A stretch of 64,000 bases of DNA, taken from positions 224,130,001-224,194,000 of the forward strand of contig OZ024741.1 of assembly GCA_964016885.1 (NCBI GenBank), in the 5' to 3' direction. Positions 13,661-25,632 of the stretch are shown here, piece after piece. The position numbers and the translations under genes were made by a program. Origin of the DNA: Eledone cirrhosa (taxonomy: Eukaryota). Below the pieces are notes generated by a model. That model was not told the DNA's origin, did no database searches, and saw only the letters and a program-made list of their open reading frames with translations. The first letter of the stretch is position 1. Each line of letters begins with the position of its first letter.

Positions 13661-14160
13661 GTAGTCACTGCTAGTGATGCAGGTTGCTCCTGATATATAT
13701 GATGATGCTAAATCACAAATTATGGTAAATTACAATAATTTTCTACTATTAATGAATGAATTCTCTCCCCTTTTTTCATATGCATTGAGACAGCTTATTA
13801 AAAAAGCAAAGTAAAATACCATGAAAGATGTAGTGTTTGCTGCAGCTGATGCTTTATAGAAACATCAGCACTTTTGATATCAAACTGCCTAAAACCACAC
13901 ATGGTTTTATGATACAAAACTGTTTCCTTTAATGTCTTTATATTCATCTAAAAACCTTCTATCATAATTTTATAGAAGATCTTTTGTTAAGTTATGTTCC
14001 AAATACCATCTTAATGACGAGAAAGTTAGTTACATTATTAAATCCCTCTGATACTTGATTATTTTCAAAGTTATTTTTAAATCATAGGCAGTGTCTTTCA
14101 TTAAAAAATGGCAACAAAAGAGTTAAATCATCCTCAGTATATGACTGGTACTATATTTTA

Positions 14161-14951
14161 AGCGGAAGTGTAGACGCCATGCAGCTCAGAAAATCACCGA
14201 TGCTGACTATGCGGATGATTTAGCGGTCCTCGCTGACTACCTTAAGGATGCAACATCACTACTTCGCAGCATCGAATCAGTTGCAAAGGAAATCGGACTC
14301 TATGTCAACGCAGGCAAAACAGAATATATTTGCCTGAACCAAGACTCCTCAGTTGGTATGCGAAGTCTAAACGGCGATATAATCAAGCAAGTTGACGACT
14401 TCAAATACCTGGGCAGCTATATCGCCTCCACAGAACATGATGTTAACATCAGACAGGGAAAAGCCTGGGGAGCATTGAATGCAATGGAAAAGATATGGAA
14501 ATCAAACCTGCCGGCCAAACTGAAAAGGAATTTCTTTAGAGCTGCTGTGGAATCTGTGCTTGTTTATGGCTCTATCACTTGGACGCTAACGTCGAAACTA
14601 CAGAAAAAGCTAGACGGGGCATACACACGTATGCTCCGCACTGCTTTAAACGTGTCTTGGAGGGAACACCCAACAAATAAGGATCTCTATCAGCAGGTCA
14701 ATACGTGGACAAAGACTCAGATTTGCTGGCCACTGTTGGCGCAGCAAGGAAGAAATAGCAGGTGATGTGTTGTTATGGAGTCCATCTCATGGAGCAAGAA
14801 ACGCTGGTCATCCCAAGAAGACATACGTCAAGCAACTTGAGGACGATACTGGATGCACTGCGGAAGAACTGGCAAATGCTATGAGAGACAGAGATGGATG
14901 GAGGAAACGTATCGTAGAAAGCCGAGGAAGCTCGACCTGATGATGCGGATA
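14161..14951 (+). mobile_element. 5'-truncated RTE LINE (RT C-terminal half) inserted into a family B SINE
   Basis: [54 protein letters not shown]; TSD ACTATATTTTA at 14150-14160 and 14952-14962. Confidence 0.92.
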
Positions 14952-15319
14952 ACTATATTTTATCAATCCTTGAAGGATGAAAGGCAAATTTGACCTTGGT
15001 GGGGAAAAAACTCTTGAATACCCACACATAACTAAAAGCGGACTAGGAGAAACTCTATAAATAAGAAATGAAGTGAACTGTCAGGGGAACAGTGTGTACA
15101 GAGTCTCGTTGTAGTCTCTTGTTGGTAGTTTGGAATTACACCTTGTAAATTAGCTTCAGTTTTACCCTCATTCTGTACAGATATACAAAACAGGTGTGTC
15201 ACCATTATAACAGTGGGATTTGAACTCATATAATAAAAAAGCTATTTCTAAATACTATAATATATTTTGTTTCAGCAATATGTTTATCCTGAATCCTGCT
15301 TTATTGCAACTTGCTGCTA

Positions 15320-16535
15320 AATAGACATCTTCGATATCACTTTGGACTTGTTTACCCAAGAGATACTCAACTTATTGGAAAGAAAGCAGTCAGAATCACA
15401 TGTTAATCACCTCACTTCTAAAACTAGCCACCAACCACCTTAAAAATGTGTTGGCTGTGGGTGGAAGTAGAATATCAAACTGATTTGCTGATAACAAAAC
15501 TTTCAATTGTGTTGCACAGATGTGCAACAAAGCCTTAAAAACTATTGGGTAGAAGTAAAAAACAAACAAACAAAAATATAAATAGAGGATTCCTACCTGA
15601 GAAAAATCATATACCCAGAAGAAGAAAAGGAAATATCTGTTTTTACTGGCCATACAATAGGGGGGGGGGGGGGGGGGGGGGGGGGAAGAGAGAGAGAGAA
15701 AAAAACCGAAAAATTGCCACAACATTTCTAGCCCTATTCAACAAACATTTCCCAGCTGAACACAAATGCTACACATTACTAGAAACAATATAAAAGGCAG
15801 TTTCAGTTGCATGTCAAATATGGGAAACAGAAAAAAAAAAACTAAAAAAAAATCCTTCCCTGATAATAAGATGCTAAAAAGAATGAACCCACTCAAAATC
15901 AGAATGTAACTGCAAAATCTCAAACCACTGTCCACTCAAAACTGAATTATTATGAAGAACTATTGCTTATAGTGTTATAGCACCAGCAAGCAACTATAAA
16001 GCAAAATAATGCTATACAAAACTTATGCAAAACACATTTATAAGCCATTATTCACAACATACTAGCTCCTTCTGAAACATGTATGATAAAAATGTGACAG
16101 CTTTGTCAAAGCATATTTGGTGACTAAAAGAGAAGACACACACAAACACATAAAAAAAAAAAATTATTATATTGAGATAAAAGGGTTCAGTCATTCAGCA
16201 TGCATAAATCTTGTACAAGGGTCACCAAGAAATGTAAAATTTGCTTGGCAGAAAAATATATCTTGATGGAAAAATTACAAATTACTCACTCAAAAACAAG
16301 AATTAATATAGAAATGCCACAAGATTTTAAAGAATTACAGCCAGATTGACAGTGCATAATTGAAAAACTGATCAGAAAGAAACATGCCAATATTACATGG
16401 CAAAAAAAACTTTGATAAAGCTTCCCTGACATCTATGAAATAACTACTTTATCTGAAGAAAACTATAGTACATGAGACATTTTGAGTAATAAATTACATT
16501 GGAACACCATCATCATCATGTTTGTTTTTACATAT
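15320..16535 (+). mobile_element. Decayed Penelope-like element (Neptune-like): RT thumb, linker, GIY-YIG endonuclease and pLTR
   Basis: Frameshifted motifs IDIFDITLDL, KIATTFLALFNKHFP, SFSCMSNM, ECNCKISNHCPL, QHTSSF..TALSKHIW, KKCKICLAEKYIL, KQELI.KC; decayed CTGAAGA at 16453 and AATAAA at 16488. Confidence 0.8.
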
Positions 16536-16633
16536 TTTCATGGGTTATGAAATATATAAACATGTGGGTGTGTAATACTCCTCCTCATCATGATCATCAG
16601 TGTTTTTACATTCATTTTTCCATGCTTGCATAG

Positions 16634-16634
<1 letters not shown>

Positions 16635-16721
<87 letters not shown>

Positions 16722-16789
16722 ATATATGTATATATATATACATTATATATATATATATATATATACATAATATATGTATATATATATAC

Positions 16790-16863
<74 letters not shown>

Positions 16864-16933
16864 ATATATGTATATATATATAAATTATATATATATATAT
16901 ATATATACATAATATATGTATATATATATATAC

Positions 16934-16970
<37 letters not shown>
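16635..16970. repeat. Interrupted (TA)n
   Basis: TA runs with a recurring cataatatatgtatatatatatacatta unit. Confidence 0.95.
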
Positions 16971-16974
<4 letters not shown>

Positions 16975-17043
16975 AAAAAGAGATGAAATCGAAAATGCAA
17001 CTGGAGTCTTATTTTTAAAAAAAATATATATATTTATTTGGTT

Positions 17044-17081
17044 TCTTTACCGGTTTCGCAGTTCTTCTGCTTTTCAAAAGG
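17044..17081 (-). ncRNA. Minimal type I hammerhead (U3-A8 variant), inverted copy
   Basis: Minus strand CTT-TTGAAAA-GCAG(AAGAA)CTGC-GAAA-CCGG-TA-AAG. Confidence 0.7.
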
Positions 17082-17118
17082 TGAGTTGAGATGGAGGGTC
17101 TGTCTCCATCTCAACTCA

Positions 17119-17156
17119 CCTTTTGAAAAGCAGAAGAACTGCGAAACCGGTAAAGG
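17119..17156 (+). ncRNA. Minimal type I hammerhead (U3-A8 variant) with palindromic CCGG helix III
   Basis: CCTT-TTGAAAA-GCAG(AAGAA)CTGC-GAAA-CCGG-TA-AAGG; AATAAA at 17162. Confidence 0.78.
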
Positions 17157-17315
17157 AACCAAATAAATATATATATTTTTAAAAAAAATAAGACTCCAGT
17201 TGCATTTTCGATTTCATCTCTTTTTCTTTATACTTTCACTCGTGTAGGACACCTCGGTTATTTTTCATTTTGTAAAAAAAACCTCACTTTCTAATATATA
17301 TATATATATATATAT

Positions 17316-17535
17316 CATCATCATCATCATCATCATCAACGTTTAACGTCCGTGTTCCACGCTTGCATGGGTTTGGACGGGGGTTTTCCCACTTGAAACA
17401 AGAGTGATTGTCTTGCTCGCATAGGACTATCTGGTGGGTTTTCTACAGCTGGATGCCCTTCCTAACACCAACCACATTTACAGTGTGGGTCTGGGAGGTT
17501 TTTACCGTGTTGCCTACATGGCCACATTACAGCGT
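17316..17535 (-). mobile_element. RTE 3' UTR fragment (same family as 1-507)
   Basis: Near-identical to 1-200, with a (CAT)n tail. Confidence 0.8.
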
Positions 17536-17549
17536 ATATATATATATTT

Positions 17550-18135
17550 ATAGTTTTGCAAGGTTTTTGATATGAAATCGTGTGTCGAAACAAATATAGT
17601 TATACTTGGGGAGGGTCATATTTGTGTAATATTGCCAGAATTAATAACAGAACACACTCACTGTTTGGTTGGTTTTCACTTCTGTGTCTTTTATATCGGT
17701 TAATTTAATTTATTCGGTCCTCAATGTTCCCATTGACTGACCAACAGTAAAAAATACAGATATAATATAGACACAAACACATATATATAGTCTAACAAAA
17801 TTCTTTCGTTGCACATCTGCAACATCGTCAGTGGTGCTATTATGTTTCCTCCTGTTGTATTGTATGCCTACGCCATCTTTATTTAGTCTGTTTATTTATC
17901 TATTTATTTTTTTGTCTTCTCTGCGCATGCGTTTGCATGTGTGTATAGTGTTTGATATATGTTCGTGTTTGGGTGACTGTGTATTGGTTATTGTATTCTA
18001 TCTTAGTTTACTAGTGTGTGTTTATATGTGTTTGTTGTTATTGTGCTTGTGCATGTATTTATTTATTTATTTATACTTCTCTTAGGTCAGTATTGTTTGT
18101 TTGGGTGTTGTTGTTATTTCATTAATTTTTGTTGG
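17550..18135 (-). mobile_element. PLE 3' region/pLTR, inverted relative to 18140-18672
   Basis: 18040-18130 is complementary to 18320-18400; tail motif atgaccctccc(c/a)aag shared with 18650; contains a hammerhead. Confidence 0.65.
17794..17835 (-). ncRNA. Type I hammerhead motif
   Basis: Minus strand CA-CTGACGA-T-GTTGCA(GATG)TGCAAC-GAAA-GAAT-TT-TG; helix I is weak. Confidence 0.6.
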
Positions 18136-18139
18136 TCTA

Positions 18140-18669
18140 TCAACACTGGGGGAACTAAAAGGACGAAAAAACGGTTCAGTACTATACGAACATGTCAGAC
18201 AACAACACAACGGTAACATAGACAACATAGAAATTAGAATATCTAAACAGAAATGACCCAGCAGATAGGCAAATCAGAGAGGCCAGCGAAATAGAACTTA
18301 GAAGGCCAAGGCTAAACAGAAAAAAATGAATGGAATAACAACAACACCCAAACAAACAGTATAAATAAATAAATACATACACAAACACAATAACAATATA
18401 TATATATATATAACAAAAACAAGTTGGCGTAGGACAGAACAAACGAGAGGCACAAAAACAAAGAAAAGAATCCCCAGTCACTGAAGAGGTCACAGAATGT
18501 GTGACGAAAGAACTTTGACAATATGTGAACAATCCTCTGGTTGTGGAACCAACCAACCAACCGGAAATTTATAAATTCCTAAATTTATAAATTTAATTTA
18601 TAATAAATTGAAGTGAAAGCAACTGGTGCGTGTGTTTCTTATTGGCAACATGACCCTCCCAAAGCATAA

Positions 18670-18672
<3 letters not shown>
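18140..18672 (+). mobile_element. 5'-truncated PLE: GIY-YIG C-terminus plus pLTR
   Basis: LGELKGRKNGSVLYEHVRQQHNG..(frameshift)RNDPADRQIREASEIELRRPRLNRK, then a hammerhead; ends at (TA)n. Confidence 0.75.
18477..18519 (+). ncRNA. Type I hammerhead motif
   Basis: GTCA-CTGAAGA-G-GTCACA(GAATG)TGTGAC-GAAA-GAAC-TT-TGAC. Confidence 0.72.
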
Positions 18673-18758
<86 letters not shown>

Positions 18759-18884
18759 TATGTATATATGCAAATATAAACCTATATAGGATATATTAAA
18801 TGTATATTAATATATGATCAAAGTAAACAGTACAAATATAAATACAAATACAATATATTAGAGTAAATTAATCAATATATACAT

Positions 18885-18937
<53 letters not shown>

Positions 18938-18995
18938 ATACATATATATGTGCTTATATTCATATATATATATATATGTATATATATATATGTGG

Positions 18996-19050
<55 letters not shown>

Positions 19051-19169
19051 TGTGTATATTCAAATGTATGTGTATATATATAAACATATATATATATATA
19101 TAAACTTATATATATGAGTCTATATACATACACATATATACACATATATATACATATATGTGTATATTC

Positions 19170-19234
<65 letters not shown>

Positions 19235-19565
19235 TGCACATAGTACAATTAAACATATGTTTTTATTGTTTTTATTATTTATTTATTTATTTTTCAAACC
19301 AATTCTGACAAAAACTGTTATTAATTACACAGCAATTAATTGTTTTATTATTTAATGTGATTTCCTCATTAATTCTTTTTGTCCTCTTAAAGACAGCACT
19401 TTCTCTTGTAAACCAATCTGTTTAGACTCTCCCCCACTCCACCCTTGGTCATCTCTTTTACTCACTCTGCCTGTCTCACTGTCCACCTGTCTGCCTGTCA
19501 ATCTCTCTGGCAATCTGATTTTCTGTCTGTCCGTCCATTCATTTGCCTGGTATCTGTCTGGCTGG

Positions 19566-19613
<48 letters not shown>

Positions 19614-19663
19614 ATGTATGTATGTATGAATGTATGAATGGATGGATGTCTATCAGTCTGTCT

Positions 19664-19664
<1 letters not shown>

Positions 19665-19696
<32 letters not shown>

Positions 19697-19702
19697 GTCA
19701 TC

Positions 19703-19734
<32 letters not shown>

Positions 19735-19862
19735 CATCATCATCGTCGTCACCATCATTGTGATTATCATATCATTATCATCATCTTATTGTCATCATCA
19801 CCATCCTCCTCCTCCTCCTCCTCCTCCTCCTCCTCATCATCATCATCATCATCATCATCATC

Positions 19863-19896
<34 letters not shown>

Positions 19897-19903
19897 CCAT
19901 CAC

Positions 19904-19943
<40 letters not shown>

Positions 19944-20010
19944 GTCGTCATCATCCTCACCATCATCACCACTTTATTGTCAGTATCTTCATCATCATCA
20001 TCATCATTAT
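19665..20010. repeat. (CAT)n/(CCT)n/(CAC)n compound microsatellite
   Basis: Direct observation; source of the poly-H/S/I ORFs. Confidence 0.97.
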
Positions 20011-20154
20011 TTAATGTCTAACTTTCATGCTAGCATGGGTTAGACGGGTTTGTCACACTTGAGGCAAGTTGGGTCGGGTGACTGACTCTTGCTCGTATAG
20101 GACTGTTTGTGGCTGGTTTTCTATGGCCGGGTGCTCTTCCTAGTGCCAACCTGC

Positions 20155-21170
20155 CTCTCTATTTGTCTGTCTATCTGGCTGTCTATCTGTTTGTCTATCT
20201 GGCTGTCTATCTGTTTGTCTATCTGTTTGTCTATCTGTTTCACTGTTTTTGTTTTTATATTTTTTACACGACTGTATGTAAAATCCCCGGCATGTCTTTG
20301 TATTGTCCCCTTTTCTTGTTGCGCCCTTGTGGCTAATAAAGAAATCTATCTGTTTCACTGTTTTTCAGTCTGGACATCTGTCTATCTTCTGTTTGTTTAT
20401 CTCTGTCTGCCTGCTTGTATGTCTGTCTGGCTGGCTGGTTGTCTGTCTGACTGTCTTTCTGACCCTCCATCTATCTGTCTGGCTGTCCACATGTCTATCT
20501 GGCTTTCAATGTGTCTGTATGGCTGTCAATGTCTGTCAGGCTGTCAATCTGTCCATCTGGCTGTCAATGTACCTGTTGGGCTGTCTATCTCTCTATTTAG
20601 ATGTCCACCAGTCTGCTAGGCTGTCCATCTGTCTGTCTACCTGCTTGTATGTATATATGGCTGTCCATGTGTCTGTCAGGTACTCCATATATCTGTCAGG
20701 CTGTCCATCTGTCTGTCAGGCTGTCCATCTCTCTATCAGGCTGTCCATCTGTCTCTCTGGAAATCCATCTGTCTGCCAGATGGTCCGTCTGCCTGTCTGG
20801 CTGTCCATCTGTCTGTCTGGCTATCCATCTGTCTATCATGTTGTCCATCTGTCTGTCACGCTGTCCCTGTACCTGTCTGGCTGTCCATCTGTCTGACAGG
20901 CTGTCCATCTGTCTGTCATGCTGTTCTATCTGTCTGTCTGTCCATCTGTCTGCCAGGCTGTCCATCTGTACCTGTCTGGCTATTCATTTGTCTGTCTGGC
21001 TGTCCATCTTTCTATCTGCCAAACTGTGCATCTGTCAGGCTGTCCACCTGTCTGCCAGGCTGTTTATCTGTCTGTTAGGCTATCTCTCTATCTCTCTGGC
21101 TATCCACCTGTCTGCCTGGCTGTCAGGCTGTCTATCTGCCAGTCAGGCTATCAATTTGTCTGCATGTCTA
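20155..21170. repeat. Degenerate TCTG-based repeat (ggctgtccatctgtctgtc units)
   Basis: Recurring ~20-bp degenerate unit. Confidence 0.85.
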
Positions 21171-21211
21171 CCTGTGAAGGTGTTTATGAACCCATATGCA
21201 ATATATTTATG

Positions 21212-21700
21212 TATCATCATCATGTTCCTACAACTGGTGTAGTAAGTCATTAGGGTGCCACTCTAGATGCTTTTGCAGTCAGCCATTGCCACTGGTCTCT
21301 ATTCTCCATCATGTGTAGAAGGGTCTCAGTGTTATGACCAGTCCAGTCATTGATGTTGTTGGACCAGAATTTTCTTTGTCTACCTCTCTTTTGCCCCCCC
21401 TCGACTGCCCTGAAAGATGGTTTTAGACAAGGAGTTGTGGTGGAATACATGACCATACTAGGTAAGCTTCTGTCTTTTCACCATCGCAAGGGGTGGTTCC
21501 AGTCTGCCAGAATATTTGTTAACTTGTTGCCTGACAAAGTTGCTTGTTTTGTACTCCATGTACAAGATGTTTAGCAACCTTCTGAGGCACTTGTTCTCGA
21601 ATGTCTGGACTCTGCGTTCCATATCAGCTGTAAAAGTCCAACTCTCTCACCAATACAAAAAGATTGAAGTCACCAGTGACTTGTACAATTTGAGCCTCAT
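21212..21700 (-). mobile_element. Decayed RTE LINE 3' end
   Basis: VEGGQKRGRQRKFWSNNINDWTG..MENRDQWQWL. Confidence 0.8.
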
Positions 21701-21742
21701 TGAAAAATATAAGAAACATAAACAACTCATGCTGTATTTTAA

Positions 21743-21955
21743 CCCTTTAACATTTCCATTACTCTATATTTACTATTGTATTTTCACAGTTTACCTTACA
21801 TAATATCTCACATAATCTCGAATCTATGAGATTTTGATATTATTTATTTTGAGAACAATACCTTAACATAAATATGAGTGGCAAGTTATGGTCAGTTTGA
21901 ACAGAAAGAGGTAAGAAAATTCTGGCCAGATGTGGCAGGTTTAAATGCTAAAGGG
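21743..21955. mobile_element. piggyBac-type MITE
   Basis: TTAA-CCCTTTA.CATTT ... TAAATGCTAAAGGG-TTAA; family members at 27906-28330, 35233-35422, 49042-49259 and a partial copy at 33053-33180. Confidence 0.8.
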
Positions 21956-22094
21956 TTAAGTTATTGTTTGGGATCTGTTGGTCTGCCTGTTTGTAAGTTT
22001 ATTTGTCTGGGCTGTGTGTCTGCCTGTTTGTCTATATGTCTATCACTCAGGCTGTCTGTCCCTTCTGTTTGTAAGTCTATTTGTCTAGCCTATC

Positions 22095-23700
22095 TGTCTG
22101 CCAGTTTGTCTGTATGTCTGTCTAGCCATCTGCTCATCTATCTGTAAGTGTATTTGTCTGGTCTGTCTGCCAGTTTGTCTGTATGTCTGTCTAGCCATCT
22201 GCTCATCTATCTCTAAGTGTATTTGTCTGGTCTGTCTGCCAGTTTGTCTGTATGTCTGTCTAGCCATCTGCTCAACTATCTGTAAGTGTATTTGTCTGGT
22301 CTGTCTGCCAGTTTGTCTGTATGTCTGTCTAGCCATCTGCTCATCTATCTGTAAGTGTATTTGTCTGGTCTGTCTGCCAGTTTGTCTGTATGTCTGTCTA
22401 GCCATCTGCTCATCTATCTCTAAGTGTATTTGTCTGGTCTGTCTGCCAGTTTGTCTGTATGTCTGTCTAGCCATCTGCTCATCTATCTGTAAGTGTATTT
22501 GTCTGGTCTGTCTGCCAGTTTGTCTGTATGTCTGTCTAGCCATCTGCTCATCTATCTGTAAGTGTATTTGTCTGGTCTGTCTGCCAGTTTGTCTGTATGT
22601 CTGTCTAGCCATCTGCTCACCTATCTGTAAGTGTATTTGTCTGGTCTGTCTGCCAGTTTGTCTGTATGTCTGTCTAGCCATCTGCTCATCTATCTGTAAG
22701 TGTATTTGTCTGGTCTGTCTGCCAGTTTGTCTGTATGTCTGTCTAGCCATCTGCTCATCTATCTGTAAGTGTATTTGTCTGGTCTGTCTGCCAGTTTGTC
22801 TGTATGTCTGTCTAGCCATCTGCTCACCTATCTGTAAGTGTATTTGTCTGGTCTGTCTGCCAGTTTGTCTGTATGTCTAGCCATCTGCTCACCTATCTGT
22901 AAGTGTATTTGTCTGGTCTGTCTGCCAGTTTGTCTGTATGTCTGTCTAGCCATCTGCTCACCTATCTGTAAGTGTATTTGTCTGGTCTGTCTGCCAGTTT
23001 GTCTGTATGTCTGTCTAGCCATCTGCTCATCTATCTGTAAGTGTATTTGTCTGGTCTGTCTGCCAGTTTGTCTGTATGTCTGTCTAGCCATCTGCTCATC
23101 TATCTGTAAGTGTATTTGTCTGGTCTGTCTGCCAGTTTGTCTGTATGTCTGTCTAGCCATCTGCTCATCTATCTCTAAGTGTATTTGTCTGGTCTGTCTG
23201 CCAGTTTGTCTGTATGTCTGTCTAGCCATCTGCTCATCTATCTGTAAGTGTATTTGTCTGGTCTGTCTGCCAGTTTGTCTGTATGTCTGTCTAGCCATCT
23301 GCTCATCTATCTGTAAGTGTATTTGTCTGGTCTGTCTGCCAGTTTGTCTGTATGTCTGTCTAGCCATCTGCTCACCTATCTGTAAGTGTATTTGTCTGGT
23401 CTGTCTGCCAGTTTGTCTGTATGTCTGTCTAGCCATCTGCTCATCTATCTGTAAGTGTATTTGTCTGGTCTGTCTGCCAGTTTGTCTGTATGTCTGTCTA
23501 GCCATCTGCTCACCTATCTGTAAGTGTATTTGTCTGGTCTGTCTGCCAGTTTGTCTGTATGTCTGTCTAGCCATCTGCTCATCTATCTGTAAGTGTATTT
23601 GTCTGGTCTGTCTGCCAGTTTGTCTGTATGTCTGTCTAGCCATCTGCTCATCTATCTGTATGTGTATTTGTCTGGTCTGTCTGCCAGTTTGTCTGTATGT
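22095..23700. repeat. Homogeneous 69-bp minisatellite, ~23 copies
   Basis: Unit atctgctcatctatctgtaagtgtatttgtctggtctgtctgccagtttgtctgtatgtctgtctagcc; matches the 23-aa periodicity in the ORF track. Confidence 0.97.
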
Positions 23701-23769
23701 CTGTCCGTCTTCCCATCTATCTAAGTCTATTTCTCTGATCTGTCTGTCTGTCAGTTTGTCCATATGTCT

Positions 23770-24290
23770 GTCTGGTCATCAGCCCATCTATCTGTAAGTC
23801 TATTTGTGTGACATGTCTGTCTGCCAGATTGTCTGTATGTCTGGCCGCCCATCAGCCCATCTATCTGTAAGGATATTTGTCTGACCTGTCTGTCTGCCAG
23901 ATTGTCTGTATGTCTGGCCGCCCATCAGCCCATCTATCTGTAAGGATATTTGTCTGACCTGTCTGTCTGCCAGATTGTCTGTATGTCTGGCCGCCCATCA
24001 GCCCATCTATCTGTAAGGATATTTGTCTGACCTGTCTGTCTGCCAGATTGTCTGTATGTCTGGCCGCCCATCAGCCCATCTATCTGTAAGGATATTTGTC
24101 TGACCTGTCTGTCTGCCAGATTGTCTGTATGTCTGGCCATCTGCTCATCTATCTGTAAGTCTATTTGTCTGACCTGTCTCTTTGTCAGTCAGTTTGTCAG
24201 TATGTCTGTCTGGTCATCTGCCCATCTATCTGTAAGTCATTTTGTCTGACCTATCTCTTTGTCTGCTAGTTTGTCTGTATGTCTATCACT
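23770..24290. repeat. Related 73-bp minisatellite (~4-5 clean copies plus decayed ones)
   Basis: atcagcccat recurs at 23851, 23924, 23997 and 24070. Confidence 0.92.
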
Positions 24291-24455
24291 CAGGCTGTCC
24301 CTTCTGTCTGTATGGGTATTTGTCTAGGCCTGTCTGTCTAACAATCTGACCATTTGTCTGGCTTTCCTTAAATCTATTTGTCTGCCTGACCGTCAGTCTG
24401 ATTATTTCCATCTCCACCTGTCTGACTCTATTTTCATTCAGCCATACATCTACCA

Positions 24456-24525
<70 letters not shown>

Positions 24526-24528
<3 letters not shown>

Positions 24529-25616
24529 CAAATTTTAGTACAGCATCAACGAAGCTTTTGGTAGCAGCCAAGCTAACGAATGCAGTTTCCGTGTGCAGCT
24601 AAGCACTCAACGGAGAATATTACCCCAGAGTTATAACATTACGTTAAGACAGCTTTGCAAATCAAATACAGCGACTGACAGACATGCCGCAGAGACCATA
24701 GCGACAAAAATAACTGAACTCAGGAAAAATGTTTGACTGACCTGGACCCTCGCGTAGACATTACATGCAGCACATAATGTATACCATACAATATACATCA
24801 CATATAACATACAACATCTCCGCTAGGTTTCTGTGAATCCAAAATCGACAAAATCCACTTGCAGGGGTCTTTAAGTTAATGGCTTTTGACGACGGAACAA
24901 AGGAATTTACTTCGTCAACAAGTTTTCCGTTCTGTTCCTCACGGGTGTGCATTCTAGTAATAAACACCGTAGAGGCACATGGTTCTCCCAAAGGTAACCC
25001 CCGTTTTGGCAGTCAATTCGAAATTTGGAACATCATCATCATCATCATTTCATTTTATGTCCACTTTTCCCTGCTTGCAAGGGTGGGACGGGAACTGATT
25101 CTGGCTTGATTTCTACAGCTGGATGCCCTTCCTAACACCAACCTCATTTACAGTGAGTGCTGGGTGCTTTTTTGCCGTGGCACCTCCACGACCACTTTGC
25201 AGTGGAATGATAGGGACCCAAGTCCCTATCATCTCATTTCTACAGCTGAGTAAACTGGAGCAATGTGAAATAAAGTGTCTTGCTCAAGGAAACAATACAT
25301 AACCCGGTCTGAGAATTGAACTCAAAACCTTTCGATTGCAAGGCCAATGCTCTAACCACTAAGCCATGTGCCTCCATGTATATATTCCCTTATACAAACC
25401 GAATTAAGCACTCAACTAGAAGTTATAAAACAAACATAAACAATTAATTAATCAATAGAATTGTCTAATTAAATTAATCAATTAATCGTTAATTCTAGGA
25501 GTTAATAATACAAATTTTAGTACAGCATCATCGAAGCTTTTGGTAGCAGCCAAGCTAACGAATGCAGTTTCGGTGTGCAGCTAAGCACTCAATGGAGAAT
25601 ATTACCCCAGAGTTAT
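24526..25616. repeat. ~110-bp direct repeats bracketing ~870 bp that contains a CpG-rich unique core and a SINE
   Basis: atacaaattttagtacagcatc...ccccagagttata at 24526-24634 and 25508-25616; the whole unit lies between (TA)n runs. Confidence 0.8.
25031..25376 (-). mobile_element. SINE family A, full length
   Basis: Reverse complement of 953-1300. Confidence 0.88.
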
Positions 25617-25632
25617 ATATATATATATATAT

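Larger units (their letters stand above)
16968..17293. mobile_element. Young inverted PLE pLTR pair (129-bp arms, 7-bp loop) with a ~60-bp 3' tail
   Basis: 16968-17096 is complementary to 17104-17232 with about 2 differences; flanked by (TA)n; each arm carries a hammerhead. Confidence 0.8.

Noticed and set aside
15660-15685. G-quadruplex regulatory element
   Set aside because: Simple poly-G run inside a decayed PLE; no evidence of function
19445-20043. Poly-His/Ser/Ile ORFs
   Set aside because: Compound trinucleotide microsatellite
22085-23797. 244-319 aa ORFs with a 23-aa repeat
   Set aside because: Translation of a 69-bp minisatellite that is open on both strands and broken by a 4-bp deletion
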